Position numbers and translations under genes: made by a program
The notes under the pieces: generated by a model
Told to the model about the DNA's origin: nothing
Database searches by the model: none
What the model saw: only the letters and a program-made list of their open reading frames with translations
Shown: piece after piece, positions 55,654-64,000 of the stretch
How positions within the stretch are numbered: the first letter of the stretch is position 1
How the letters are laid out: every line of letters starts with the position of its first letter
Source: Candidatus Scatomorpha merdigallinarum
Lineage (GTDB): Bacteria > Bacillota > Clostridia > Oscillospirales > Oscillospiraceae
DNA length: 64,000 bases
Assembly: GCA_018710885.1 (NCBI GenBank)
Contig: DVJA01000058.1
Location: 7,922-71,921, forward strand
Reading direction: 5' to 3'

Positions 55654-56214
55654 TCAAACACTTTCGGGGTATACGGCCCTCGCGCCACCAATGAGCTTCG
55701 GACGGGTGCGGGCAGCGTTTATGGGCGCCTCGCCCACGTGCTTCACCGCCAGACGGAGAGGCACCGCGACATCCTTGAGGTGCATGCCGATGAGTGTACC
55801 GCCTATGTCAAGGCCGGCGCTCGCACGCACGTGTTCAACTGCCACAGGGTCCTTCATGCCGTGCCAGGCCGCTGTGGCAAAGCTGCCGCCGGCTTTGGGC
55901 TGCGGGATTACGCAGACGGGCTCGTAGCCGAACTTTTCAGCCGCCTCGCGCTCTACTATGAGCGCGCGGTTGAGGTGCTCACAGCACTGCGCGGCCAGGT
56001 AGAGGCCCCGCTCTTCAAGCAGGGGCGCTATAGCGTTATACACCGCCTGGGCAGCCTCGGGCGTGCTGCCCTTACCTATATTGCTGCCCATTATCTCGCT
56101 CGATGAGCAGCCCACAACTACCAGAGACCCGCGCGCGGGGTTTGCGCGCTCAAGCAGTTCGCTCATAGCCGCACCGGCCGCTTCGTATATCGCTTCATAA
56201 GAAGTTTCCGACAT
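55654..56214 (-). CDS. TIGR01440 (UPF0340) family protein
   Basis: Start refined to MSETSYEAI (AAGGAG 9 nt upstream). VVVGCSSSEIMG motif. Confidence 0.75.
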   Translation of the reverse strand: MSETSYEAIYEAAGAAMSELLERANPARGSLVVVGCSSSEIMGSNIGKGSTPEAAQAVYNAIAPLLEERGLYLAAQCCEHLNRALIVEREAAEKFGYEPVCVIPQPKAGGSFATAAWHGMKDPVAVEHVRASAGLDIGGTLIGMHLKDVAVPLRLAVKHVGEAPINAARTRPKLIGGARAVYPESV

Positions 56215-56361
56215 TTTCAACAACTCCTTCAACAATGTTATGTCACCCTGCAACTTTATTGTAACACTTTGCGTCATATTTGACAACTAGGCGGGGTAAG
56301 AGTATTATACACTTATTCTGTCCGGCTGTTAAGCCGAAGTACATTCCCTATGAGGTGTTTT

Positions 56362-57453
56362 ATGAAAAGACTTTTGTCGGCCGTGCTTGCGGCGGCCATG
56401 CTGTTTGTTCTCGCGTCCTGCGGAACCGATAACCCATCCTCACTGCCAGACCCCGACGCCGAGAGCGTACCGCCAGTCAGCACTCAGCCCACGCCGGAGC
56501 CCACTCCCACTCCCGCGCCCTACAGCAACCCTCTCTCCGGAGAACCGATGGACGAGGACATCAGTGCGAACAGGCCCTGGGCCATTATGATAAACAACCT
56601 CGAGCAAGCCCTGCCTCAGTGCGGCGTATCCCAGGCCAAGATACTCTATGAAATACCTGCCGAGGGCGGCATTACGCGCATGATGGGCATTTTCACCGAC
56701 ATATCCGACGTGGATAAGCTCGGCTCCATGCGCTCCATAAGGCCCTATTACGCCCAGGTCGGCTTCAGCTACGACGCCATGATAGTACACGCCGGCGGTT
56801 CCGAAGCCGCCTACAGCCTGCTCGCCTCCACCGGCTGGGATCACCTCGACGGTGTACGCGAGACCTATGCGAGCGCCCCCTTCCAGCGCGACCCGAACCG
56901 CATGCAGTACGGCATAGAGCACAGCCTTTTCGCAAACGGCCCCAAGCTAATCGAGGCCGCCAATGAGAAGGGTTTCGTCTTCGAGCACGATGGCGGCGAG
57001 TATGACTACGGCCTCACTTTCTCCGAAGACGCCGTCTCTCAGTGCACCGGCGACGCACAGTACGCGCAGATAGCCTTTAACAGCTACAAGACCACCAGCT
57101 TCGAGTACAACGCCGAGGAAGGCGTCTACTATGCCAGCCAGTACGGCGGGCCGTACATGGACGACGACTATGGCGTGCAGCTTAGCTTCACCAACCTCAT
57201 CTTCCTGCGCACGCAGATTTCGGTCATAGACAGCTACGGCCGCCTGGACGTCGTCACCACCGGCTCAGGCGAGGGCTGGTTCTGCAACGGCGGCAAGTGG
57301 GTCGAGATAACCTGGGAAAGGGCCGACGACTACAGCCCCTTCCAGTACTACCTGGCCGACGGCACTCCTCTCGACCTCGGCATAGGCCACACCTACATAG
57401 GAATCATGGGCAACGACTATGGCTGCGAAGTCAGCTTTGAAATGCCCGAATAA
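56362..57453 (+). CDS. DUF3048 (YerB-like) lipoprotein
   Basis: Start MKRLLSAVLAAAMLFVLASCG (lipobox). RPWAIMINN..QCGVSQA.ILYE.PAEGGITRMMGIF is typical of DUF3048. Confidence 0.75.
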   Translation: MKRLLSAVLAAAMLFVLASCGTDNPSSLPDPDAESVPPVSTQPTPEPTPTPAPYSNPLSGEPMDEDISANRPWAIMINNLEQALPQCGVSQAKILYEIPAEGGITRMMGIFTDISDVDKLGSMRSIRPYYAQVGFSYDAMIVHAGGSEAAYSLLASTGWDHLDGVRETYASAPFQRDPNRMQYGIEHSLFANGPKLIEAANEKGFVFEHDGGEYDYGLTFSEDAVSQCTGDAQYAQIAFNSYKTTSFEYNAEEGVYYASQYGGPYMDDDYGVQLSFTNLIFLRTQISVIDSYGRLDVVTTGSGEGWFCNGGKWVEITWERADDYSPFQYYLADGTPLDLGIGHTYIGIMGNDYGCEVSFEMPE

Positions 57454-57467
57454 ACAACATAGGCAAG

Positions 57468-57498
57468 GGCCGGCGGGAACTATCCCGCCGGCCTTTTT
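57468..57498 (+). terminator. intrinsic terminator of the DUF3048 gene (convergent with ZIP)
   Basis: ggccggcggga-acta-tcccgccggcc followed by TTTTT. Confidence 0.8.
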
Positions 57499-57499
57499 C

Positions 57500-58282
57500 T
57501 CAGCCCAGCGCCACGTCCAGTATCATCATGAGCACAAAGCCCGCGGCGGCGCCCAGCGTACCTATATTGGAGTGCTCTCCCGCCTGTGACTCCGGTATCA
57601 GTTCCTCTACCACGACGTAAATCATGGCTCCCGCTGCAAAAGCGAGTATGTACGGCAGTGCGGGCGTTATGAGCGACGTCAGCGCTATGGTGATGAGCGC
57701 ACCTATTGGCTCCACAACACCGGAACCAAAGCCGAGCAGGAAGGCCTTGCCCTTGCTGTTGCCGCGTCCGGCCAGAGGCATGGATATAACGGCCCCTTCC
57801 GGCACGTTTTGCAGCGCTATACCTATCGACAGCGCAAAAGCCCCGGCCAGCGACAGGCCCATATCTCCCTGCATGGCCCCGGCAAAAACCACGCCCACAG
57901 CCATACCCTCAGGCAGGTTGTGCAGCGTCACTGCCAGTACGAGCATGGTGCTCTTGCCCAGGTTCACCGGGCAGCCCTCAGGCTTGTCGCAGTCCAGGTG
58001 CTGGTGCGGAACCAATGTGTCGAGCAGCAGCAAGAATATGATACCTGCCAGGAAGCCCACCGCAGCCGGCATCCAGGGCGTAACGCCCTGCTCTCCGGCC
58101 ATGTCTATAGCGGGGATGAGCAGCGACCATACGCTCGCCGCTATCATAACGCCCGAGGCAAAGCCCAACAAAAGCTTTTGCAGCCACGAGCGCATCTCGC
58201 CACGCAGCAAAAATACGCAGCCGGCACCAAGCGTAGTCCCGGCCAGCGGTATCAAAATGCCGATCAAAGCGTTTAGTGTCAT
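57500..58282 (-). CDS. ZIP-family divalent metal transporter (ZupT-like)
   Basis: 260 aa, multi-TM, HNLPEGMAVG and QNVPEGA motifs. Confidence 0.85.
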   Translation of the reverse strand: MTLNALIGILIPLAGTTLGAGCVFLLRGEMRSWLQKLLLGFASGVMIAASVWSLLIPAIDMAGEQGVTPWMPAAVGFLAGIIFLLLLDTLVPHQHLDCDKPEGCPVNLGKSTMLVLAVTLHNLPEGMAVGVVFAGAMQGDMGLSLAGAFALSIGIALQNVPEGAVISMPLAGRGNSKGKAFLLGFGSGVVEPIGALITIALTSLITPALPYILAFAAGAMIYVVVEELIPESQAGEHSNIGTLGAAAGFVLMMILDVALG

Positions 58283-58425
58283 CTAATCTCCTCCTGCCGC
58301 CATTGTACCACAGGCAAAGGGATAAATCCACCAGTGATATGGGAATGTGCAACGCAAACAGGCCTACCGTGCACATCACCCGGCACACAGCACCAGTACA
58401 TGGCGGCAGCGGAGTTGCACAGACT
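58283..58425 (-). promoter_or_regulatory. structured 5' leader of the ZIP transporter gene (candidate cis-regulatory RNA, class unknown)
   Basis: 14-bp long-range helix (58396-58409 with 58294-58308, one bulge) ending on the first G of the SD GGAGGAG. Competing pairings for GTTGCACAT (58345-58353) by TGTGCAAC (58414-58421) or ATGTGCA (58370-58376). Confidence 0.4.
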
Positions 58426-58454
58426 CTGGAGAGCAAAATTCAGAGGGCTCTCTC

Positions 58455-59630
58455 CTACAGGCAGGCACGGTAGATCTCTTCCACCTCTGCCCTGCCCATT
58501 GGCGCAATCGCCGGGAACGTCACGCTCCCACCGGAGGTACACTTATCGCTCATGACGGCAATGTCTCGCTCATCCAGGCCCAGGTCCCTCAGCGTCGAGG
58601 GCATGCCCAGCTCATCAAAGTACGCGCGTGTCGCCGCAATGCCTGCCTGTATTGTCCGTTCCGGGTGCTCGAAGTCCATCTCCATGCCCCAAATCTCGAC
58701 GGCATGGCGCAGAAGCCGGGCATGCGCAGCTTCGTGGCGGGCGAGAAATTCCAAATACGCCGGCCATACCACGGCCAGTCCGGCCCCGTGCGCTATGTTC
58801 TCATCTATGGCGCTCATCTCGTGCTCCAGCTTGTGCGCCCACATGCCGCAGGCCCTGCCCGCTCCCATGAGTCCGTTGTGCGAAAGGCTGCCCGCGAACA
58901 TGAGCGTTGCGCGCGCTTCGTAGTCGTCAGGCCGGGCCATGGCGGCGCGCCCGGCGTCTATCACCGCACGTGAAAGCCCCTCTGCCAGATTGTCTACCAG
59001 GACGTTGTCCGTGTTCGTGCACATATAGCGCTCGAAGGTGTGCATGAGTATATCCACCACGCCGCAGGCTGTCTGATATGCCGGGAGCGTATAGGTGAGT
59101 TCAGGGTCCATGATGGCAAAGTCCGGCCGGTTCAGGTCGCTGCTGAAACCGCGCTTGAGCCCGTCGTGCGTCAGCACGGCGCTGTTGCTGGTCTCGCTGC
59201 CAGTAGCCGCGATTGTCAATACGACGCCCAGCGGTATGCGGCCCGCCGGCACTACCTTCTTCGTGGTTATGTCCCAGGGCTCGTAACCCGTGTCAACACA
59301 GTAGGCGGCCATCTTGGCGCTGTCGATGACACTGCCGCCGCCGACTGCAAGAATCATGTCGCAGCCGTTTTCCCGGGCAAAGTTGGCCGTGTACGCAGAG
59401 AATTGCGCCGTGGGATTGGGCCTAACACCGCCCAGCTCGGCGTATTCTATGCCGGCAGCCTCAAGCGAACGCTCGATGCGCGTCAGCAATCCCGTGCGCA
59501 CTGCGCTGCCGCCTCCATAATAGACCAGCGGCTTTTTAGCTCCAAGTTCGGCGACAGCCGCACCTACTTCGTCGGTGCGGCCGCGGCCAAAATAGATTTT
59601 TGTGGGTGTATAAAGGTCGAAGTTCAGCAT
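58455..59630 (-). CDS. iron-containing (group III) alcohol dehydrogenase, BdhA/YqhD-like
   Basis: 391 aa. GGGSVIDSAK motif and His-rich metal site (H..E...H, HG). Confidence 0.85.
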   Translation of the reverse strand: MLNFDLYTPTKIYFGRGRTDEVGAAVAELGAKKPLVYYGGGSAVRTGLLTRIERSLEAAGIEYAELGGVRPNPTAQFSAYTANFARENGCDMILAVGGGSVIDSAKMAAYCVDTGYEPWDITTKKVVPAGRIPLGVVLTIAATGSETSNSAVLTHDGLKRGFSSDLNRPDFAIMDPELTYTLPAYQTACGVVDILMHTFERYMCTNTDNVLVDNLAEGLSRAVIDAGRAAMARPDDYEARATLMFAGSLSHNGLMGAGRACGMWAHKLEHEMSAIDENIAHGAGLAVVWPAYLEFLARHEAAHARLLRHAVEIWGMEMDFEHPERTIQAGIAATRAYFDELGMPSTLRDLGLDERDIAVMSDKCTSGGSVTFPAIAPMGRAEVEEIYRACL

Positions 59631-59631
59631 G

Positions 59632-60321
59632 TTACCTTCCTGAAACCTCCGCTTTCTCGCCTATTCTGGCGCATTTTTCGCTCAACAATTTGAGCACCGG
59701 CAGAAGCAGGCCGCCGACTATGTTCCCCGCTGTGTTGACGGCTATGAAAACAAATGGGTTGTGCAAAGCCCCAGATGCCGCGCCCTGAAGCGAGCCAAAC
59801 CAGGCGCCCGAGGCGGCGAAGTAGAACATATTGGCAATGCAGTGCTCAAAGCCGCAGACCACGAAGACAGTCACGCCGAAGAATATGGCGAGATGCCTGC
59901 CCACGTCGCTCTTTATGCTCCTGTAGCCCTCGACGGCTATGTAAATGAGCACGTTGCAGAATATGGCGAGTATGAAAACGCTCAGAAAACTGTCGCTCAG
60001 CTTGGTAACGGCGAGCTCACCGGCACGTTCAACCGCCGCCGTCAGCCGTGTCAGGCGCAGCAGTGCGCCGCCCGTGGCGGCTCCGGCGAAGTTTGAAAGC
60101 CACACAATCGCGAGAAAGCTGATGTAGCGCGGGCCCTTGCCTATAGAATAGCAGACCTTGCCCGTGAAAAGGTTCCAGCCGAATGAACATATGGCGAAGA
60201 GTCCAACCGTAAACATGAGCGCGCCCGCCATTATGTTGTCCAGCAGCAGATATGCCGTGGCGCCGAGCGTTATCACGAGCCCAGCCATAAATCCGAGCAG
60301 TGCGTCCGACAGAAACTTCAT
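59632..60321 (-). CDS. formate/nitrite transporter (FNT) family channel
   Basis: 229 aa, six TM. GANLFTG-like (WNLFTGK) and CGFEHCIANM motifs. ATGA overlap with the folD stop. Confidence 0.8.
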   Translation of the reverse strand: MKFLSDALLGFMAGLVITLGATAYLLLDNIMAGALMFTVGLFAICSFGWNLFTGKVCYSIGKGPRYISFLAIVWLSNFAGAATGGALLRLTRLTAAVERAGELAVTKLSDSFLSVFILAIFCNVLIYIAVEGYRSIKSDVGRHLAIFFGVTVFVVCGFEHCIANMFYFAASGAWFGSLQGAASGALHNPFVFIAVNTAGNIVGGLLLPVLKLLSEKCARIGEKAEVSGR

Positions 60322-61169
60322 AGCAGACCTCCTGCGGCCTGGATAACGTGCTTCGCCAAAATGGCGGTGGTAACGCTGCCCACCCCCGCCGGCACCGGGC
60401 TTATCGCCGAAACTATTGGCTCTACGCGCTCATAGTCCACATCGCCTACAAGTTTCTGCTCAGCCTCTGAGTAGTTTATGCCTACGTCCACCACTACCTG
60501 GCCGGGCACAAAATACTGACTGGTGAGAGCCCTGGGCTTGCCGAGGGCAGCCACAACTATGTCGGCGCGCGCGCAGATCTCAGCCAGACCGCGTGTGTGC
60601 GAGTGGCAGATAGTTACGGTGGCATTTTTGCGCATGAGCAGCATGCTCACGGGCCTGCCTATGACCAGGCTGCGGCCCACGACAACCGCGTTCTTTCCCT
60701 CAAGCTCCACGCCGTAGTGTTCCAGCAGGGCCAACACAGCCTCTGCCGTACAGGGCGCAAAGCCCGCACCGGCTCCCATATACAGCGCCGCCGCGCTGCC
60801 GGAACTTATGCCGTCCATATCCTTGCCCGGCATAAGCGCCTCGCAGGCCTCAGCTTCGTTGAGCTGCCCCGGCAGGGGACGGAACATCAGCACGCCGTGT
60901 ATGCCCTCGTCCGAGTTGAGCCGTGCAATCTGGGCGAGCAGCGCGCCCTGCATGACATCGCCCGGAAGTGTCACGAGCTTCGTGTCTATTCCGAGCTTTT
61001 CACAGCGCTTGACCGCTGCGCGCTCATAGGCCACATCGTCCGGCCTCTCCCCCACGCGCAGTATGGCCAGCGCCGGCTGCACGCCGCGCGCCTTCAGCTT
61101 TACCACAGCCCGCAAGCTCTTTTCATCCAGCGCAGCCGCAACCGGCGCGCCTTTCAATATCTCTGCCAT
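60318..61169 (-). CDS. folD: bifunctional methylene-THF dehydrogenase / methenyl-THF cyclohydrolase
   Basis: 283 aa. VVGRSLVIGRP, PVPAGVGSVT motifs. Confidence 0.9.
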   Translation of the reverse strand: MAEILKGAPVAAALDEKSLRAVVKLKARGVQPALAILRVGERPDDVAYERAAVKRCEKLGIDTKLVTLPGDVMQGALLAQIARLNSDEGIHGVLMFRPLPGQLNEAEACEALMPGKDMDGISSGSAAALYMGAGAGFAPCTAEAVLALLEHYGVELEGKNAVVVGRSLVIGRPVSMLLMRKNATVTICHSHTRGLAEICARADIVVAALGKPRALTSQYFVPGQVVVDVGINYSEAEQKLVGDVDYERVEPIVSAISPVPAGVGSVTTAILAKHVIQAAGGLL

Positions 61170-61777
61170 CAGATCAGCCTCCCGGATACGTCTTCGTATA
61201 TTTTTTCGGCCAATTTGGTGTATTTAGTTAGCAATTCGTACGTTTCCGCATTCATTTTATCTGCTGCGTCACGGTCCATCATGCTCTTCGTGTTGATACG
61301 CACATTGAGCGCGGCGGCCTTCATGGCGGCGACGCACAACGCGGCGGCGCAGCCCGCGTCGGATATGGCGAGCGCGCTGCCCTTGGCGGCGTAATCAGCT
61401 ATGACGTCCAGCGCCTCGGCACACTTACGCATTGTATCAAGCGGCGGTTCGGCAGCGCGTTTTAGGCCGACCTCCATTATATCGGCGCGCATGGGATCGT
61501 CCTTCGGAATGCCATATGCTTTCGAGAGCGGCGCAAACGCCTCTGCGTCGGCGTCGATGAGCGCGACGAAATCAGCTCGCAGCGCTTCCGCTTTTGCGTT
61601 GAGGGTAAGAATGTCCTCCTGCACGTCTGCGTACTTCTTCTTACCCAGCGTGAGGTTGCCAACCATGTTGCCGAGCGCTATGCCCAGCGCACCGCAGAGC
61701 GCCGCCGCGCCTCCACCGCCCGGCGTGGGAGCGGAGGAGGCAAGGTCGGCGAGGAACTTATCTACGTTCTTTTCCAT
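61169..61777 (-). CDS. fchA: cyclodeaminase/cyclohydrolase family protein (FchA-like)
   Basis: 202 aa. LASSAPTPGGGGAAAL motif of the formiminotransferase-cyclodeaminase / methenyl-THF cyclohydrolase family. Confidence 0.8.
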   Translation of the reverse strand: MEKNVDKFLADLASSAPTPGGGGAAALCGALGIALGNMVGNLTLGKKKYADVQEDILTLNAKAEALRADFVALIDADAEAFAPLSKAYGIPKDDPMRADIMEVGLKRAAEPPLDTMRKCAEALDVIADYAAKGSALAISDAGCAAALCVAAMKAAALNVRINTKSMMDRDAADKMNAETYELLTKYTKLAEKIYEDVSGRLI

Positions 61778-63453
61778 CAGAACAGACCCGAAATCACGCC
61801 GTTCTCGTCGACGTCTATCTTCTCGGCAGCGGGGACTTTCGGCAGGCCGGGCATGGTCATGATGTCGCCGGTGAGGGCCACGATGAAGCCCGCGCCCGCG
61901 CAGACCTTGAGGTTGCGCACGGTGACAGTGAAGCCCTTCGGCGCGCCCAGCAGGCTGGGGTCGTCGGAGAAGCTGTACTGCGTCTTGGCCATGCAGATGG
62001 GCAGATTGCCGAAGCCCAGCTCCTCGAGCTGCTTTATCTGCTTCACCGCATTGCCCACGAGCTGCACGCCGTCTGCGTGGTAGACCTTCGTGCAGATGGC
62101 AGTCAGCTTGTCCATGATAGAGCTCTCAAGCTCGTAGCTCTGGTGGAAGTCGTTCGGCTGCTCGCAGAGACGCACGACCTCGGCAGCCAGCGCCTTGCCG
62201 CCCTCGCCGCCCTTCGCCCAGACTTCGCTCAGAGCGACGTTGACGCCCAGCTCCTTGCACTTGGCTTCGACCATGTCCAGCTCGGCCTTCGTGTCCGTCG
62301 GGAAGGCGTTGATGGCAACCACGCAGGGCAGACCGAAGACGTTTTTGATGTTGCCGACGTGCTGCAGCAGGTTCGGCAGTCCCTTTTCAAGCGCTTCGAG
62401 GTTCTCGTGGTTCAGCTCGGACTTCGGCACGCCGCCGTGGTACTTGAGAGCACGCACGGTGGCGACAATGACCACAGCGCTCGGCTGGATGCCCGCCATG
62501 CGGCACTTGATGTCTATGAACTTCTCCGCGCCCAGGTCGGCGGCGAAGCCAGCCTCGGTCACAACGTAGTCCGCGCACTTGAGCGCCATGCGGGTAGCCG
62601 TGATGCTGTTGCAGCCGTGGGCGATGTTCGCAAAGGGGCCGCCGTGGATGAAGGCGGGAGTGCCCTCCAGCGTCTGGACGAGGTTCGGCTTGAGCGCGTC
62701 CTTGAGAAGCGCCGCCATAGCGCCCTCGGCCTTGAGGTCGTGCGCGGTCACCGGCTTGCCAGAGTACGTGTAACCCACAATCATGCGGCCCAGGCGGGCT
62801 TTTAGGTCGGTGATGTCGCTCGCGAGGCAGAGCACCGCCATGACCTCGCTGGCGACGGTGATTTCAAAGCCGTCCTCGCGCGGTACGCCCTGCATCCTGC
62901 CGCCGAGGCCGTCCACGATGTGGCGCAGTTGGCGGTCATTCATGTCTACGGCGCGCTTCCAGGTTATCTGCTTGGGGTCGATGCCGAGGGCGTTGCCCTG
63001 CTGGATGTGGTTGTCCAGCATCGCGGCCAGCAGGTTGTTGGCAGCGCCTATAGCGTGGAAGTCGCCGGTGAAATGGAGGTTGATGTCCTCCATGGGCACG
63101 ACCTGGGCATAGCCGCCGCCGGCCGCGCCGCCCTTGACGCCGAACACGGGGCCGAGGCTAGGCTCACGCAGGGCGACCATGGCGTTCTTGCCTATCTTGC
63201 GCAGGCCGTCGGTCAGGCCAACGCTGGTGGTGGTCTTGCCCTCGCCCGCGGGCGTGGGGGTGATGGCCGTCACGAGGATGAGCTTGCCGTCGGGCTTGTC
63301 CGCGTTGTCCCGCATGAATTTGTAGTCTATCTTCGCCTTGTAGTTGCCGTACAGCTCCAGGTATTCCTCCGGGATACCCGCGCGCTCGGCTACGGCGGTT
63401 ATCTTCTCTTTCTCACACGCCTGTGCGATTTCAATGTCGGTCTTATACTCCAT
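61777..63453 (-). CDS. fhs: formate--tetrahydrofolate ligase
   Basis: Start refined to [11 protein letters not shown] (GGAGGAG upstream). [13 protein letters not shown]-loop. Confidence 0.95.
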   Translation of the reverse strand: MEYKTDIEIAQACEKEKITAVAERAGIPEEYLELYGNYKAKIDYKFMRDNADKPDGKLILVTAITPTPAGEGKTTTSVGLTDGLRKIGKNAMVALREPSLGPVFGVKGGAAGGGYAQVVPMEDINLHFTGDFHAIGAANNLLAAMLDNHIQQGNALGIDPKQITWKRAVDMNDRQLRHIVDGLGGRMQGVPREDGFEITVASEVMAVLCLASDITDLKARLGRMIVGYTYSGKPVTAHDLKAEGAMAALLKDALKPNLVQTLEGTPAFIHGGPFANIAHGCNSITATRMALKCADYVVTEAGFAADLGAEKFIDIKCRMAGIQPSAVVIVATVRALKYHGGVPKSELNHENLEALEKGLPNLLQHVGNIKNVFGLPCVVAINAFPTDTKAELDMVEAKCKELGVNVALSEVWAKGGEGGKALAAEVVRLCEQPNDFHQSYELESSIMDKLTAICTKVYHADGVQLVGNAVKQIKQLEELGFGNLPICMAKTQYSFSDDPSLLGAPKGFTVTVRNLKVCAGAGFIVALTGDIMTMPGLPKVPAAEKIDVDENGVISGLF

Positions 63454-63510
63454 TTCTCTCCTCCAGGTCTCGTTTTCGTATACGAGCGCTTTGGCGCTGC
63501 AACTGATAAT

Positions 63511-63540
63511 ATAATATCTCCTTTCCCGGGTTCCGGTCAA
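63511..63540 (-). promoter_or_regulatory. sigma-A promoter of fhs operon
   Basis: Minus strand TTGACC, 18 nt, TATTAT, immediately after the upstream terminator. Confidence 0.55.
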
Positions 63541-63551
63541 CTACTAATGAG

Positions 63552-63577
63552 AAAGCCCGCGCAAAAGCGCGGGCTTT
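63552..63577 (-). terminator. intrinsic terminator of the partial upstream gene
   Basis: AAAGCCCGCGC-TTTT-GCGCGGGCTTT on the minus strand, 6 nt after the stop. Confidence 0.75.
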
Positions 63578-63582
63578 GAGTT

Positions 63583-64000
63583 TTACTTGAAACCATTTGC
63601 CACGAATAGCACGCTCCGCAGCAGTATGCCGGGTACGCGACCGTTAATCTGCATCATGCGCAGAGGAGCCAAAGCACTGCTGGCAAACATCATGCGCGCC
63701 TCAGGCTTGCGCTCTCGACCGGAGCCATATCTGAGCCTGAAACTCAGGTCTATGCCGTGGTAGATCGCGCTCATTATCAGCGAGTCCTTTTTGAGGTCAT
63801 ACGGTGTATCATTCAGCGTAAACTTGCCTTTTTGGGGGACGTACGGCTCATATTTATACCCCGTTGCGGCCTCAAGTGAAGCCCGGTCCGGCTTGCCTGC
63901 AAGCGACTCATACCAGCTACTCCGCTGAGACTCGGGCACAGGTATATCCCGCTCGCCGTCTACATGTACAACTGTAGAGAGCGGCAGGTCCGCGCTTGAC
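63583..64000 (-). CDS. hypothetical protein, C-terminal part (partial; 5' end beyond window end)
   Basis: The reading frame stays open from 63583 to the window edge (own translation upstream of the track start, which is GTG). No family recognised. Followed by a clean terminator. Confidence 0.4.
   Translation of the reverse strand, partial: SSADLPLSTVVHVDGERDIPVPESQRSSWYESLAGKPDRASLEAATGYKYEPYVPQKGKFTLNDTPYDLKKDSLIMSAIYHGIDLSFRLRYGSGRERKPEARMMFASSALAPLRMMQINGRVPGILLRSVLFVANGFK

Noticed and set aside
58340-58430. Plus-strand resemblance to the NiCo (czcD) riboswitch (several ACAG/CACAG motifs)
   Set aside because: On the plus strand this sequence runs into the 3' end of the convergent ADH gene, so there is nothing for it to regulate. 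I cannot match the four-way-junction consensus from memory. It is kept only as an unclassified minus-strand leader.
1-64000. CRISPR arrays, IS elements, prophage genes, toxin-antitoxin pairs, known defence systems
   Set aside because: I scanned intergenic regions and the ORF list on both strands. No repeat-spacer structure, transposase, integrase, phage structural gene or recognisable defence or TA gene was seen.

Overview
GC-rich chromosomal window (GC not computed; strong G/C third-position bias and long spurious antisense ORFs). Gene content points to a spore-forming Clostridia-type Firmicute: spoIVFB-like protease, ytfI/ytfJ, remA, an IspH-S1 fusion, DUF1540. This taxonomic call is inference only. 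I support 71 CDS, 1 tRNA and a set of sigma-A-like promoters and intrinsic terminators. CDS coordinates include the stop codon, and many starts are refined from the ORF track by RBS or neighbour-stop logic. Every CDS from 1 to 44431 is on the minus strand except one 60-aa gene, and many junctions overlap by 1-4 nt. Most of the window is core housekeeping:
- prkC-stp-rlmN-rsmB-fmt-def-priA-rpoZ-gmk-remA-yicC
- cdaA-cdaR
- ispD-ispF, carD, ispH/S1, plsC, cmk
- scpA-scpB
- engB-lon-clpX-clpP-tig
- thrC, rnhB, rbgA, lepB, rplS
- fhs-fchA-folD

I found no mobile elements, CRISPR arrays or recognisable defence or toxin systems. The less ordinary part is 42.9-49.6 kb. It holds an ECF sigma with a membrane partner, divergent from a signal-peptide-less VWA/MIDAS protein with a Cys-rich C-terminus. 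Convergent to that is a 4-gene module: TIGR03960 radical SAM, TIGR03936, a CDA-fold deaminase, and a stand-alone EF-Tu G-domain-like protein with a mutated P-loop and switch II. That last protein is my best candidate for something undescribed. Other points worth a second look are a structured leader with mutually exclusive helices upstream of a ZIP metal transporter, an orphan PEP/pyruvate-binding ATP-grasp protein with a degenerate KaiC/RecA-like N-domain, and an fhs-fchA-folD-FNT-ADH operon. All family assignments come from motif recognition by eye. No database search, HMM or folding calculation was run.
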